DNA of 64,000 nucleotides from Thermodesulfovibrionia bacterium (GCA_020053105.1 JAGVNU010000076.1:8005-72004); one strand, 5' to 3'. Numbered from the stretch's first letter, positions 18,663 through 29,295 are shown. The notes: generated by a model not told the origin, from the sequence alone. Numbers and translations are program-made.

Positions 18663-19238
18663 TCACTCTATTGAAACCAGTTTCTTTCCTGCCTCATACG
18701 CATCCTTTAGCGCAGTCGGATGACTGTGAATGGCCCCTTTCTCATCAATGCCCGTATAACTTAGGACACTGTTTTCCGGAACGCTTACGGTCCTGAAAAA
18801 CGCCTTTGCGCATGCGTCGGCACAGGTAATGCCAATATCTTTTTTCATCCCTCCAACCAGCAATAAAAGCCCTTTTCTCCCCAGCTTGCCGCCATCAATT
18901 GCTTTCTTCAAAATGTATTTTTCAATCCACAAGCACTGGCACCGGTCTATCATGAGTTTTGTCTGTGCGCTGAGGGCAAAAAAGAATATAGGAGAAGCAA
19001 GGATTATTCTATGAGCAGCGCGTATTGCCTCATATATCTGGTCCATATCATCATGGTATATACACTTCCCCGTCTCATTACACCCGCCGCAATCCTGACA
19101 GGGTTTTATTTTCATTACGTTGAGATTGTATATCTGGACAGACCGTCCGGCATCTACAATCCCTTTTACTGCTTCTTTCAGCAATACTTCTGTATTCCCG
19201 TTTATTCTCGGACTCCCGCAAAAAGCGACAACGTTCAT
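18663..19238 (-). CDS. Iron-sulfur flavoprotein / NAD(P)H-dependent FMN reductase family protein
   Basis: 191-aa ORF with the flavodoxin-like CGSPRINGNT motif and a compact Cys cluster, CQDCGGCNETGKC. Confidence 0.75.
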   Translation of the reverse strand: MNVVAFCGSPRINGNTEVLLKEAVKGIVDAGRSVQIYNLNVMKIKPCQDCGGCNETGKCIYHDDMDQIYEAIRAAHRIILASPIFFFALSAQTKLMIDRCQCLWIEKYILKKAIDGGKLGRKGLLLLVGGMKKDIGITCADACAKAFFRTVSVPENSVLSYTGIDEKGAIHSHPTALKDAYEAGKKLVSIE

Positions 19239-19426
19239 TCTATATTCCCCGTTATATTCGCACGCAGTGTTACAGATTAGTAAATATTATTGAAACCAGT
19301 CAGGTTCTTATTGCGTCTTGACCGTTGCAATAAACTCATATTCTTTTAATTGATCTCTTCCGGCATGACTGATTACCAGAATATCACATTCAGGAAAGAT
19401 ATGCATCAGGAGGAGGGAGATACTTA

Positions 19427-21007
19427 TTAATGCATCTTCTCGATGACTTTGATAAAAGCGGAGACAAGCCGGGGATCAAACTGGGTACCGGAACATTCCT
19501 TAAGTTCTGCTATTGTTTCTTCTTCTGAATTGGCTTTTTTGTATACCGTATTTGACCTCATTACATCATAAGCTTCAGCAATAGCCAGAATACGGGCTCC
19601 ATAAGGGATCGTTTCCCCCTTCAGCATGTACGGATAACCGTTGCCGTCAAATCTTTCATGATGGTGGAGGATTATCGGCAGTTCTTTCTGAAACAACTTG
19701 GTCCTCTCAATAATTCTTACACCTATGTTTGAATGTCTTTTCATGGAATTATATTCCTTGTCTGTCAATTTGTCCTTCTTCTTTATAATATTGGAATTGA
19801 CCCCCACCATGCCTATGTCATGAAGCAGCGCAGCACGTTTTATGACATTCACGTCCTCTTCCGTCATTGATAACTTCCGGCTCAGTTTCTCTGCATACCG
19901 GCTCACCCTCACAGAATGCTCACTTATAGAATCCCAGCCTTTTTCGATCTCACATAATATATTATGAGCGGACTTAATACAGGTTTCTTTTATATTTTCA
20001 TTTATCGTCTCGAACCTGGAATAAAAATTTTCTACCTTTTTCAACTCTTCCTTGAACCCTACCGTGTCTTCTGATTCAATTTCTCCGAAGTAGCAGACAT
20101 TATTCCTGCCCCTCCACTTGGCTCGGTAGAGCGCCTTGTCAGCATTTGCAATCAGGTCATCATCACTCAGAGCATTGTCGTCCGAGGTGGATGATATCCC
20201 CGCGCTGATAGTTACTGTCTCAGAGATCTTGTCCTTAGCAAATTTATTATTCACAAATACCTTGCGTATCCTCTCTGCCAGAATAAAGGCGCCCTGCAAG
20301 TCCGTGTTGGGAAGAATGATAAAAAATTCCTCACCTCCGTACCTGGCAACAAAGTCCGTGTCCCGGACTAATCTTTTCAGGATCTGGGCTGACTGGGCAA
20401 GAACAAAGTCACCGTATTGATGACCATAATTATCATTTACCGCCTTGAAGTAATCAAGGTCGAGCATTATGCAGGAAAGAGGCTGGGAATATCTCTTTGA
20501 CTTTTTAAATTCATTCTTCAGAACTTCCCTGAAGTGACGATGGTTGAATAATCCTGTAAGGCCGTCCTTGATCGCCAGTTTTTCCAGCTTCCTGAATGAT
20601 TCCCGAATATCGCTTTCCAGTTTTTTCCGTTGCAGTGCTCTGTGAATAGCACGGTTTAATGCAACAGTCTTGATCTCATTTTTTGTTAAATAATCATAGG
20701 CTCCCTTATCCATAGCCTTGACGCCGAGTTTTTCTTCTCCCTCTGCAACAATCATTATTACCGGTACACCTAATTTTCTTTTAATTATCTCCTGGACCAT
20801 CTTAAGTCCCTTTGCTCCGGGAAGGTCCTGACCTACCAATAAGAGATCAAATTTGCTGTCAGATGCCTTGCTGATTGCATCCGACCCGGATATAGCCGTG
20901 TCGATCGTGTATTTAATATCGTTGTAATTGCCAAGAGTAGACTTGATAACATCTATGGCCGGAGAACCATTGTCAGCCACTAAAATGGAAATTGTTTCTT
21001 TTGACAT
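19427..21007 (-). CDS. REC(degenerate)-GGDEF-HD-GYP composite c-di-GMP protein
   Basis: 526-aa ORF with GGEEF plus an RDTD I-site. The HD-GYP part carries HDIGM and HHERFDGNGYP. The receiver has non-canonical residues at the acceptor positions. Confidence 0.88.
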   Translation of the reverse strand: MSKETISILVADNGSPAIDVIKSTLGNYNDIKYTIDTAISGSDAISKASDSKFDLLLVGQDLPGAKGLKMVQEIIKRKLGVPVIMIVAEGEEKLGVKAMDKGAYDYLTKNEIKTVALNRAIHRALQRKKLESDIRESFRKLEKLAIKDGLTGLFNHRHFREVLKNEFKKSKRYSQPLSCIMLDLDYFKAVNDNYGHQYGDFVLAQSAQILKRLVRDTDFVARYGGEEFFIILPNTDLQGAFILAERIRKVFVNNKFAKDKISETVTISAGISSTSDDNALSDDDLIANADKALYRAKWRGRNNVCYFGEIESEDTVGFKEELKKVENFYSRFETINENIKETCIKSAHNILCEIEKGWDSISEHSVRVSRYAEKLSRKLSMTEEDVNVIKRAALLHDIGMVGVNSNIIKKKDKLTDKEYNSMKRHSNIGVRIIERTKLFQKELPIILHHHERFDGNGYPYMLKGETIPYGARILAIAEAYDVMRSNTVYKKANSEEETIAELKECSGTQFDPRLVSAFIKVIEKMH

Positions 21008-21349
21008 TATAGTTACCCCTCCTTAAGGGGCGATACATAGAACAGCATCTAAGGAGAATTAATCTTTATCCCAGAGTCGGATTGTGATGCATTATTATAA
21101 CTTCTACATTAATTTACATCAACTGTAAAATTTACAAACACAAAAACGGGACTCATTGACAAAGACAAGGCATTCATCTATCATAAGTTTTTGTTTTTTG
21201 CAACTTACTGTAACATCGTTAGAATTTTATTCATGCAGGGCAAAATTGTCAAGATAAATATTACGAAGTGAGAATATAATTATTTTTGGTAAATCTTCAG
21301 CAAGGGCCTATACACCTTATAATATTTTATAAATATATTTTGTATTGAT

Positions 21350-22282
21350 ATGAAAATAATAGACGGCATTGAAAATGTAACACAGAAATTACCCTACCCC
21401 GTGCTTACGCTTGGAAATTTTGATGGAGTACATCTTGGTCATCTGGCCATCTTCCGGATGTTAAAGGAAAGGGCCAGGGAGATGAATGGAACGTCTATTG
21501 TTTACACATTTGTACCCCACCCCCTGAGAGTAATTGCTCCGGAAAGAGCGCCCAAATTACTTACCACATACAAGGAAAAAATCAGGCTCATAGAAGAGTC
21601 AGGAATCGACGTTATCATCTGCACAAATTTTACAAAAAATTTTGCTAATATCAGCGCTGAAGACTTTGTTAAAGAAATTCTTTGCAAGACTCTTAATGTT
21701 AAAGAGATATTCATCGGCTCTAATTATCTTTTCGGCAAGGGAAGAAAGGGCTCCCCGGAATTGTTAAAAATACTTGGAAAGGAATGCGGTTTCAGCGTGA
21801 CAATAATTGATGAGATCAGCATCGACAACAGCGAGCTTAGCAGTTCCAGAATCCGTACGCTTATTGCAAAAGGCAGGGTCGATGAGGCAACAAACTTCCT
21901 GGGGAGGCATTATTCGGTCGACGGCATAGTAGTAGAAGGCGCAAAAAGAGGTAAGAGCCTCCTTAATACACCCACGGCTAATCTGCTGACCGTAAATGAA
22001 CTCCTTCCAAAGGACGGAGTTTACGCAGTCACCGTTGTTGTGGACGGGAAAATATATGGCGGCGCCACCAATATCGGTCATAACCCGACATTTGATGACA
22101 AAAAATTCAGTTTTGAGACCCACATACTTGATTTCGAGGGGCAGCTTCTGGGAAAAGCCTTACGCGTGAATTTCATTAAGCGGTTAAGAGACGAAATGAA
22201 ATTTTCCGGCGTGGAAGAACTCGGGACCCAGATGAAAAAAGATATAGAAAAGATCAGGGCTATTCTTAAAAATCATTTATAG
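21350..22282 (+). CDS. ribF: Bifunctional riboflavin kinase / FMN adenylyltransferase
   Basis: 310-aa ORF with LTLGNFDGVHLGH, PTANL and GATNIGHNPTF motifs. Confidence 0.92.
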   Translation: MKIIDGIENVTQKLPYPVLTLGNFDGVHLGHLAIFRMLKERAREMNGTSIVYTFVPHPLRVIAPERAPKLLTTYKEKIRLIEESGIDVIICTNFTKNFANISAEDFVKEILCKTLNVKEIFIGSNYLFGKGRKGSPELLKILGKECGFSVTIIDEISIDNSELSSSRIRTLIAKGRVDEATNFLGRHYSVDGIVVEGAKRGKSLLNTPTANLLTVNELLPKDGVYAVTVVVDGKIYGGATNIGHNPTFDDKKFSFETHILDFEGQLLGKALRVNFIKRLRDEMKFSGVEELGTQMKKDIEKIRAILKNHL

Positions 22283-22330
22283 TACTATCTAGAGTTCCGT
22301 AGTTATTCATAATCCTCAATCTTTTATTTT

Positions 22331-22362
22331 GGAGCTTTTGCTCTGCGGAGCAAAAGAACTCC
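22331..22362 (+). terminator. Possible hairpin terminator after ribF
   Basis: GGAGCTTTTGCTC-tgcg-GAGCAAAAGaaCTCC has a 9-bp core stem. The T-rich tract lies 5' of the stem rather than 3', so it is atypical. Confidence 0.3.
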
Positions 22363-22419
22363 TGTGCTGCTTCCCTTTAATTCAATTAAGCGTTAGAATA
22401 TTTACAAGGTGAATTGACC

Positions 22420-22734
22420 ATGAATGAATTTAAATTCGGATTAGATGAAAAGATTGAGGTTGAAAAACGACCGGAAGTAAAATCTCCGCCAATGTATAAA
22501 GTTTTCCTTCTGAACGATAACTATACCACAATGGATTTTGTTGTTACTATCCTCGAAAACGTATTTCACAAGCCGATTGTAGAAGCCACGCAGATAATGC
22601 TTCATGTTCATAATCACGGGAGAGGCCTTGCCGGTGTTTATACTCATGAAATAGCTGAAACAAAAATTAATACGGCACATAAGTTGTCGCACGAAAAAGG
22701 TTTCCCGCTTAAATGCACAATGGAGAAAGAATGA
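22420..22734 (+). CDS. clpS: ATP-dependent Clp protease adaptor ClpS
   Basis: PPMYKVFLLNDNYTTMDFVVTILENVFHK is the ClpS core. The ATG at 22420 has AGGTGA upstream. Confidence 0.92.
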   Translation: MNEFKFGLDEKIEVEKRPEVKSPPMYKVFLLNDNYTTMDFVVTILENVFHKPIVEATQIMLHVHNHGRGLAGVYTHEIAETKINTAHKLSHEKGFPLKCTMEKE

Positions 22735-24983
22735 TCAATAAAGAACTTGAAATAACAATTGAGGCAACTGTCAGGGACGCAGAGACCCGCCGTCATGAAT
22801 ATCTGACCGTAGAGCACATCCTCTTTGCTGTCCTGCACGATGAATGGGGTATAGATATTATTACAAACTGTGGAGGAGATATTGAAAAAATCAAGGCGCT
22901 GCTTGAAGATTTTTTTAAAAAGAAAATCTCAAGGCTTCCTGATGATACTAAAGGATTTCCTGAGCCCACTGTTGCTTTCAGACGCGTATTCCAGACAGCT
23001 GTAAATCATGTCATGTCTGCAGAAAAACCGGAGGCTGACGCAGGCGACTTTCTGTCAGCCATATTTCTTGAAAAGGAATCCCATGCTGTGCATTTTCTGT
23101 CAGCGGAAGGCATAACGCGTCTTGATATTTTGAATTATATATCACATGGGACCTCAAGCACACCGGAAAAGCCTATGGACGATGTCCCTCCTGAAACAAA
23201 AAGTATTCCTGCAAGGAAACATTCTCATAAAAAAGACACCCTGACACAATATACCGTAGACCTCGTACAAAAAGCCGCCGAAGGCGGAATTGACCCACTG
23301 GTGGGACGCGAAAAAGAGCTTGAGAGATCAATCCAGGTATTAAGCAGACGCAGAAAGAACAACGTAGTATATGTAGGTGAACCGGGAGTCGGTAAGACTG
23401 CAATCGTTGAAGGCCTTGCCTTAAAAATTCATAAAGGAGAAGTCCCTGACCTGCTGAAAAACGCCCGTATCTTTTTGCTCGATATGGGAAGTCTGCTGGC
23501 CGGCACGAAATACAGGGGTGATTTTGAGGAGCGGCTGAAGTCAACCATAAAGAAACTGGAGTCAGTGCCTGATGCGGTCCTTTTTATTGATGAGATCCAT
23601 ACTGTTGTAGGCGCCGGCGCGACAAGCAGCGGGTCCATGGATGCCTCGAACATTCTCAAGCCTATATTAAACACCGGCAAATTACGCTGTATCGGCGCAA
23701 GCACATATGAAGAATTTAAAAACCATTTTGAAAAAGACAGGGCACTTTCAAGGCGCTTTCAGAAAATAGAGATCCATGAGCCTGATGCAGGAGAAACATT
23801 TCAGATACTAAAAGGCTTGCGGTCTTATTATGAGGAACATCACGGGGTGAAATACACTGACACTGCCATCAGGGCAGCTGCCGAGCTTTCTTCAAAATAC
23901 ATAAATGATAAATACCTGCCTGATAAAGCAATTGATGTAATCGATGAAGCCGGGGCGCTCCTGAAGCTCTCCCCTCAGTTCAAACACAAAAAGACCGTGG
24001 GGCAGGCTGAGGTTGAATCTGTTGTTGCAAAGATTGCCAGGATACCGAAGCGAAATATTTCAACCTCAGACATGGATAAACTCAGGATGCTTGAAGATGA
24101 GTTGAAAAAAGCGGTATTCGGACAGGATGAAGCCATTCATTCTCTCGCCTCATCAATAAAGCGGGCACGGGCCGGCCTTGGGTCGGCTGAGAAACCTGTC
24201 GGCTCATTCTTGTTCACAGGACCAACGGGTGTCGGAAAGACTGAGGTGTCCAAGACAATAGCATCTGTCCTCGGCATCCAGTTTACCAGATTCGACATGA
24301 GCGAATACATGGAAAAGCACACGGTGGCCCGGTTAATCGGCGCCCCCCCCGGTTATGTAGGCTTCGATCAGGGAGGACTGTTGACCGATGCCGTAAGAAG
24401 GTATCCTTACAGCGTTCTCCTCATGGATGAAATCGAAAAGGCCCATCCGGACATCTTCAGCATACTTCTTCAGGTAATGGACTATGCAACGTTGACTGAC
24501 AATAACGGAAAGAAAGCGGACTTCCGGAACGTGATATTTATAATGACCTCAAATGCCGGCACTAATGAAATGAGCAAAAACACCATCGGCTTCGGGGACA
24601 GAAGCAGGGACACGCATTCAAAAGGGAAAGACGCGATAAACAGAATCTTCAGCGCTGAATTCAGAAACCGTCTTGACTCCACCATTACATTTAATTCACT
24701 AACTCCGGAGATAATGAAAAAGGTAGTCGACAAATTCACAAATGAATTGCAGCAGCAACTGGGCCGGAAAAAGGTGGTCATCGACCTTTCAGACGACGCA
24801 AGAAACTGGCTTGCCGCGCGAGGCTATGATCCCCAATTCGGGGCCAGACCGCTGGGAAGACTTATCCAGACCGAGATCAAGGACGCCTTATCGGAAGAGG
24901 TCCTGTTCGGCAAACTCTCCAAAGGTGGAAAAGTTTCAATTAATCTGGATAAAGACAAGCTGTCTTTTAATTATTCAAAATAA
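22731..24983 (+). CDS. clpA: ATP-dependent Clp protease ATP-binding subunit ClpA
   Basis: An N-domain is followed by two AAA+ modules (GEPGVGKT, GPTGVGKT). The start overlaps the clpS stop as ATGA. Confidence 0.93.
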   Translation: MINKELEITIEATVRDAETRRHEYLTVEHILFAVLHDEWGIDIITNCGGDIEKIKALLEDFFKKKISRLPDDTKGFPEPTVAFRRVFQTAVNHVMSAEKPEADAGDFLSAIFLEKESHAVHFLSAEGITRLDILNYISHGTSSTPEKPMDDVPPETKSIPARKHSHKKDTLTQYTVDLVQKAAEGGIDPLVGREKELERSIQVLSRRRKNNVVYVGEPGVGKTAIVEGLALKIHKGEVPDLLKNARIFLLDMGSLLAGTKYRGDFEERLKSTIKKLESVPDAVLFIDEIHTVVGAGATSSGSMDASNILKPILNTGKLRCIGASTYEEFKNHFEKDRALSRRFQKIEIHEPDAGETFQILKGLRSYYEEHHGVKYTDTAIRAAAELSSKYINDKYLPDKAIDVIDEAGALLKLSPQFKHKKTVGQAEVESVVAKIARIPKRNISTSDMDKLRMLEDELKKAVFGQDEAIHSLASSIKRARAGLGSAEKPVGSFLFTGPTGVGKTEVSKTIASVLGIQFTRFDMSEYMEKHTVARLIGAPPGYVGFDQGGLLTDAVRRYPYSVLLMDEIEKAHPDIFSILLQVMDYATLTDNNGKKADFRNVIFIMTSNAGTNEMSKNTIGFGDRSRDTHSKGKDAINRIFSAEFRNRLDSTITFNSLTPEIMKKVVDKFTNELQQQLGRKKVVIDLSDDARNWLAARGYDPQFGARPLGRLIQTEIKDALSEEVLFGKLSKGGKVSINLDKDKLSFNYSK

Positions 24984-25055
24984 TCGAGTTAAGTTATTCA
25001 TGTTTGTTATATTTCAGTTGCTGAAAGCTGATAACTGACAGCTGATAAGCTAATT

Positions 25056-25756
25056 ATGACGGTCTTCAGACTTCCGGACGAACACATCTTCCCGCCTCCC
25101 CGTCTTGCCGAGGACAGCGGTCTTCTTGCAATAGGAGGAGACCTCTGCGAATCGCGTTTGCTTCTGGCATACTCCATGGGGATTTTCCCGTGGTATGCTG
25201 AAGATGATCCGATCCTGTGGTGGTCTCCTGATCCCCGCCTTGTCTTGTTCCCGGCTGAATTAAAAATATCGAGGAGCCTGAGGCAGACGGTCAAAAAACA
25301 GATTTTCAAAGTGACTCTGGATACTGCCTTTGAAGAGGTCATCGGGCACTGTGCTTCATCCTATCGCAAAGAAGGCTGCGGCACATGGATTACAGATGAT
25401 ATGAAAGAAGCATATATACGTCTTCACCTGTCAGGATACGCCCATTCCGTGGAAGCCTGGTTTGATCAGGAACTGGTTGGCGGACTTTACGGCATATCCC
25501 TTGGTTCCGCTTTTTTCGGAGAATCCATGTTTACAAAAAAAGCAATGCCTCAAAAGTCGCTTTTATATCCCTTGTACACCAGCTTGTGAAGTGGAATATT
25601 ACATTAATTGATTGTCAGCTCACTACCCCGCATCTCTTAAGCCTGGGCGCCCGGGAAATCCCACGCCTTCAATTCCTTGCAATGCTGAAATCAGCCCTGC
25701 TGAAACCTGCGAAAAAAGGGAAGTGGACACTCGATGATAAAATTATACATTCCTGA
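25056..25756 (+). pseudogene. aat: Leucyl/phenylalanyl-tRNA--protein transferase, interrupted by a -1 frame change in an A7 run
   Basis: Frame 0 reads ...[21 protein letters not shown] and then 22 unrelated residues before a stop at 25589. The -1 frame from 25541 continues as [53 protein letters not shown]..., the expected Aat C-terminal half, ending at 25756. Confidence 0.85.
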
Positions 25757-25843
25757 TAACAAACTATTGAGGAAAGACTGATTACCGGGCACTGCTTCTT
25801 CTCTTCTGCGACATATCGAATTGATTATGTTCCGCTAACGCCC

Positions 25844-27073
25844 TTACAAATACATCTCCGGCTGGATATTTAATTCTTCCTGAAGTTCATAACCCACGAT
25901 CCGGTCTCCTCCGCCCTTTCCCAGATCCAGAGAGAGGTCAATGTCGTATGGCACTGAAATATATCGTTCTGTCTTTTTATTGTAAATAACGCGTATAACC
26001 GGCTGCAGCATATTCCCCTCACTCTGACTCTGAACAACACCGATCATGCCGCTTTCCAGGCGCACCAGCGAGCCAACAGGATAAATGCCTACACAACGAA
26101 TAAATTTCTGGACCAGCTCCCGATTGAATTGTGTGCTGCTCCTCTCATAAATCAACTGCAGCGCCTGAGTCGGGGGGATCTTGCGTCTGAAACATCTTTT
26201 CGTTGTCAACGCGTCATATACGTCAATAATGGCAATCGCCTGCCCGGTATAGGATATCTTATCTCCCGTCAGACCATTTGGATACCCTGATCCGTCAAGC
26301 CTTTCATGATGCTGATATGCCGTTATAATCGATGTTTCAGCAATGTCTTCATTTTCTTCAAGCAGAATCTTTCCATGATGCACATGCTTTTTGATCTCGT
26401 CATATTCTTCTTCGGACAATGCACTTTTTTTGTTTAAGATTTCCGGAGGTATCTTCATTGTCCCTATATCATGCAGGAGTGCGCCGACTCCGACTTCTCT
26501 CATCAACTGCTGATCAAATCCCAGGTATTTACCAAATGAGACCATCAGGGCGCAAACACTTATGGAATGATTAAACAGATATTCATCAGTCTTTCTGAGT
26601 CTGCCAAGACATGTCAGCGCATCTTTATTTCTCAGAATAGAGACAAGAATATCATCAACGGTATGCACTACGGATTCGTTTTGAATTTGATTGCCCAACT
26701 TAATGTCACTCATTACCTTCTGAACTGTCAGTAATGCTTCATCTCTTATTTTTTTTGCCTTTTGAATTTCTTCACCTATAGAAAGAGGTTTGATAGCATC
26801 AAAATTTATTTCATCATTCTTATTGAGTTCTTCAGATTGTTTTTCATGTCTTTCACCTTTAGCCTCCAACTTTGTCGATTCATCGGCTACGTCAAGTCCC
26901 TTGTCAGTATCAATATAAACTTCACGGATACCAAATCTGATGATTTTCTCAATAATGCTTTCGTTCTTAACACTCAAACTGCTTCCAAAAAAAGGATGGA
27001 CCATCCAGCTGCAATTCAGATCGTGGATGTACATCCCCGGTTTCAGTCGATCTACCCTAATTTTCTTTACCAT
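25844..27073 (-). CDS. HD-GYP domain c-di-GMP phosphodiesterase family protein
   Basis: 409-aa ORF. The N-terminus MVKKIRVDRLKPGMYIHDL is the type usually preceding HD-GYP domains. HDIGT and HHERLDGSGYP are present. Confidence 0.85.
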   Translation of the reverse strand: MVKKIRVDRLKPGMYIHDLNCSWMVHPFFGSSLSVKNESIIEKIIRFGIREVYIDTDKGLDVADESTKLEAKGERHEKQSEELNKNDEINFDAIKPLSIGEEIQKAKKIRDEALLTVQKVMSDIKLGNQIQNESVVHTVDDILVSILRNKDALTCLGRLRKTDEYLFNHSISVCALMVSFGKYLGFDQQLMREVGVGALLHDIGTMKIPPEILNKKSALSEEEYDEIKKHVHHGKILLEENEDIAETSIITAYQHHERLDGSGYPNGLTGDKISYTGQAIAIIDVYDALTTKRCFRRKIPPTQALQLIYERSSTQFNRELVQKFIRCVGIYPVGSLVRLESGMIGVVQSQSEGNMLQPVIRVIYNKKTERYISVPYDIDLSLDLGKGGGDRIVGYELQEELNIQPEMYL

Positions 27074-27308
27074 GTTAACTAATAGAGGCTGCCTTTCATA
27101 TAAAACTCAAAATTTACATATATTATCGGATGTTATCAGATCTTTCTTGAATAATTTCCAGCTACTGGTAAAATATTCACGGCATTGAAATATCCCATGA
27201 CTTTTATTGAAATTTATTTTAAACTAGCAATAACTTTCTGGAAGTCGATAATTGTAATCCAGTTTCCGGTTTTCGTGACAGGTGGTTTAACCATAAGCAG
27301 GAGCATAA

Positions 27309-27551
27309 ATGGATTTAGAGGCAATAAGCGGACCCAAAATACCTGATGTAATTTATCCTCCAATAACTACAGATAAGCCTGAACCTGTTGAAAAAAAGGC
27401 CGGGGTGCGCCGGATAAGAGAAAGAACAAGCCCCTATGAAGATCTTGACAGATGGACAATTGAAGACAGGATCACTATCTCCCCGGAGGCCCGCCGGAGA
27501 TATAAGGCAATGCACGCTTCCAAAAGAAACAACCTGATCGAAAACCAATAA
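27309..27551 (+). CDS. Small hypothetical protein (80 aa)
   Basis: AGGAG lies 5 nt upstream of the ATG. The protein is Pro- and charge-rich. I recognise no family; the C-terminal DRITISPEARRRY only faintly recalls FlgM. Confidence 0.5.
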   Translation: MDLEAISGPKIPDVIYPPITTDKPEPVEKKAGVRRIRERTSPYEDLDRWTIEDRITISPEARRRYKAMHASKRNNLIENQ

Positions 27552-27624
27552 GGAACTCACTGGTTGTTTTTCCACTGCTTCTTGTATTACTCTTTAAGCA
27601 GGATTATCACACCTGTATAAAATT

Positions 27625-29295
27625 ATGTATAACGAATATTTCGGCTTAAAAGAGGCCCCGTTCTCAATCGCTCCGGACCCCCGTTATCTCTTCATGAGCG
27701 GACAGCACAGGGAGGCATTGGCCCATCTGGTATACGGGTTTAACAGCGACGGCGGCTTCGTAATGCTTACAGGTGAAGTCGGGACCGGTAAAACCACTGT
27801 CTGCCGCTGTCTGCTTGAACAGATACCGGACAATACAGCCATCGCCTTTATCCTGAACCCCAAGCTGACTGTGCCTGAACTGCTGGCAACAGTCTGTGAT
27901 GAATTCGGAATTAAATATCCGCAGGACAACACGAGCATAAAGGTATTCGTAGACCTGATTAATGCCTACCTTCTTGAGGCCCATACAAAAAATCGCAAGG
28001 CGGTCCTCCTTATCGACGAGGCGCAGAACCTCAGCGCAGAGGTGCTGGAGCAGCTAAGACTGTTGACTAATCTTGAGACAAGCCAGAGAAAGCTCCTCCA
28101 GATAATACTGATCGGGCAGCCTGAGCTCAGGGACAAGTTGTCAGAACCCGGTTTGCGTCAGCTCTCTCAGCGGATAATTGCACGTTACCATCTAGGCTCC
28201 CTTTCAAAGAAAGACATCAGCGCCTATGTGTCCCATCGCCTGTCTGTTGCCGGCCTGAGGGACCAGTTATTCCCTGCACCGGTAATTAATAAACTCTACC
28301 GTCTTACCGGGGGGGTGCCGAGGTTGATTAATGTAGTGTGCGACAGGGCGCTGCTCGGCACATACGCCATGAATAAAAACCTTGTCAGCACGGCAACACT
28401 GACAAAAGCAGCACATGAAGTATTCGGAGAATCGAGACCCCTTATAACGGGGCTGCACAGGAAAGCAGCGGTCTGGATAATTTTTTCTGCCATAATTGCG
28501 GTCGGAGCCGTAGTTGCTGCAACTTATTATAAAGAGGAAAAGCAGGTAACAGCACCCAAAGAGACAAGCAATATAAAACACTCGCCCCCGGTCAAAGAGT
28601 CCATCAATAAAAAGCCGGAGCCGGCGGTTGAGACAATCAAACCCGATATCATAGAAACCATAAAGCTCAGGAAGTTAAGCTGGCCTGCTGACCAGCCGGC
28701 AGACAAGAGCAGTGTAATGGCCTTCCAGGAGCTTTTCAAACTCTGGGGCCTTGCTTATCAGCAGGCAGACAATGTTTCCGCCTGCACTCAGGCCGAAGGC
28801 AGCGGCCTAAAATGTTTTACAGGCAACGGGAACTTACTCCGTCTCCGTAACATAAACATACCTGCAATACTAAAATTTTCCGACAGCGGGGGCAGTGTTT
28901 ATTACGCTGTTCTGACCGGTCTCAGTGACGACACGGCCCGCATACTCGTGGGCACGGAAGTAAAAGAGGTCCCGGTCAAAGATGTCGAAGCATCCTGGCT
29001 TGGCGAGTATACCCTGTTATGGCGTCCCGCACCCGATTTTAAAGATATAATAAAGCCGGGTATGCAGGGTGCTATTGTGCAGTGGCTTGAGACCAGGCTC
29101 AGCGTGTTTGATGGGAAATCAAATACGCCGAGGGAAAATCCGGAGTATGATAATGAAATGGCAGAGAGAGTGAAGAAATTTCAACTAGCAAACGGCCTTG
29201 TCCCGGACGGCATAGTGGGAACGCAGACAATGATTCATCTCAGCCCGGCTGCCGGCGACAAGCCGGTTTTAGATGAAAAGCAGAAGGACGGTTAG
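27625..29295 (+). CDS. gspA: GspA/ExeA-like AAA ATPase with a C-terminal peptidoglycan-binding domain
   Basis: Motifs YFGLKEAPFSIAPDPRYLF, Walker A GEVGTGKT and Walker B LLIDEAQ are present, with a mid-protein TM segment. The C-terminus has VKKFQLANGLVPDGIVGTQT, a PG_binding_1-like segment. Confidence 0.82.
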   Translation: MYNEYFGLKEAPFSIAPDPRYLFMSGQHREALAHLVYGFNSDGGFVMLTGEVGTGKTTVCRCLLEQIPDNTAIAFILNPKLTVPELLATVCDEFGIKYPQDNTSIKVFVDLINAYLLEAHTKNRKAVLLIDEAQNLSAEVLEQLRLLTNLETSQRKLLQIILIGQPELRDKLSEPGLRQLSQRIIARYHLGSLSKKDISAYVSHRLSVAGLRDQLFPAPVINKLYRLTGGVPRLINVVCDRALLGTYAMNKNLVSTATLTKAAHEVFGESRPLITGLHRKAAVWIIFSAIIAVGAVVAATYYKEEKQVTAPKETSNIKHSPPVKESINKKPEPAVETIKPDIIETIKLRKLSWPADQPADKSSVMAFQELFKLWGLAYQQADNVSACTQAEGSGLKCFTGNGNLLRLRNINIPAILKFSDSGGSVYYAVLTGLSDDTARILVGTEVKEVPVKDVEASWLGEYTLLWRPAPDFKDIIKPGMQGAIVQWLETRLSVFDGKSNTPRENPEYDNEMAERVKKFQLANGLVPDGIVGTQTMIHLSPAAGDKPVLDEKQKDG

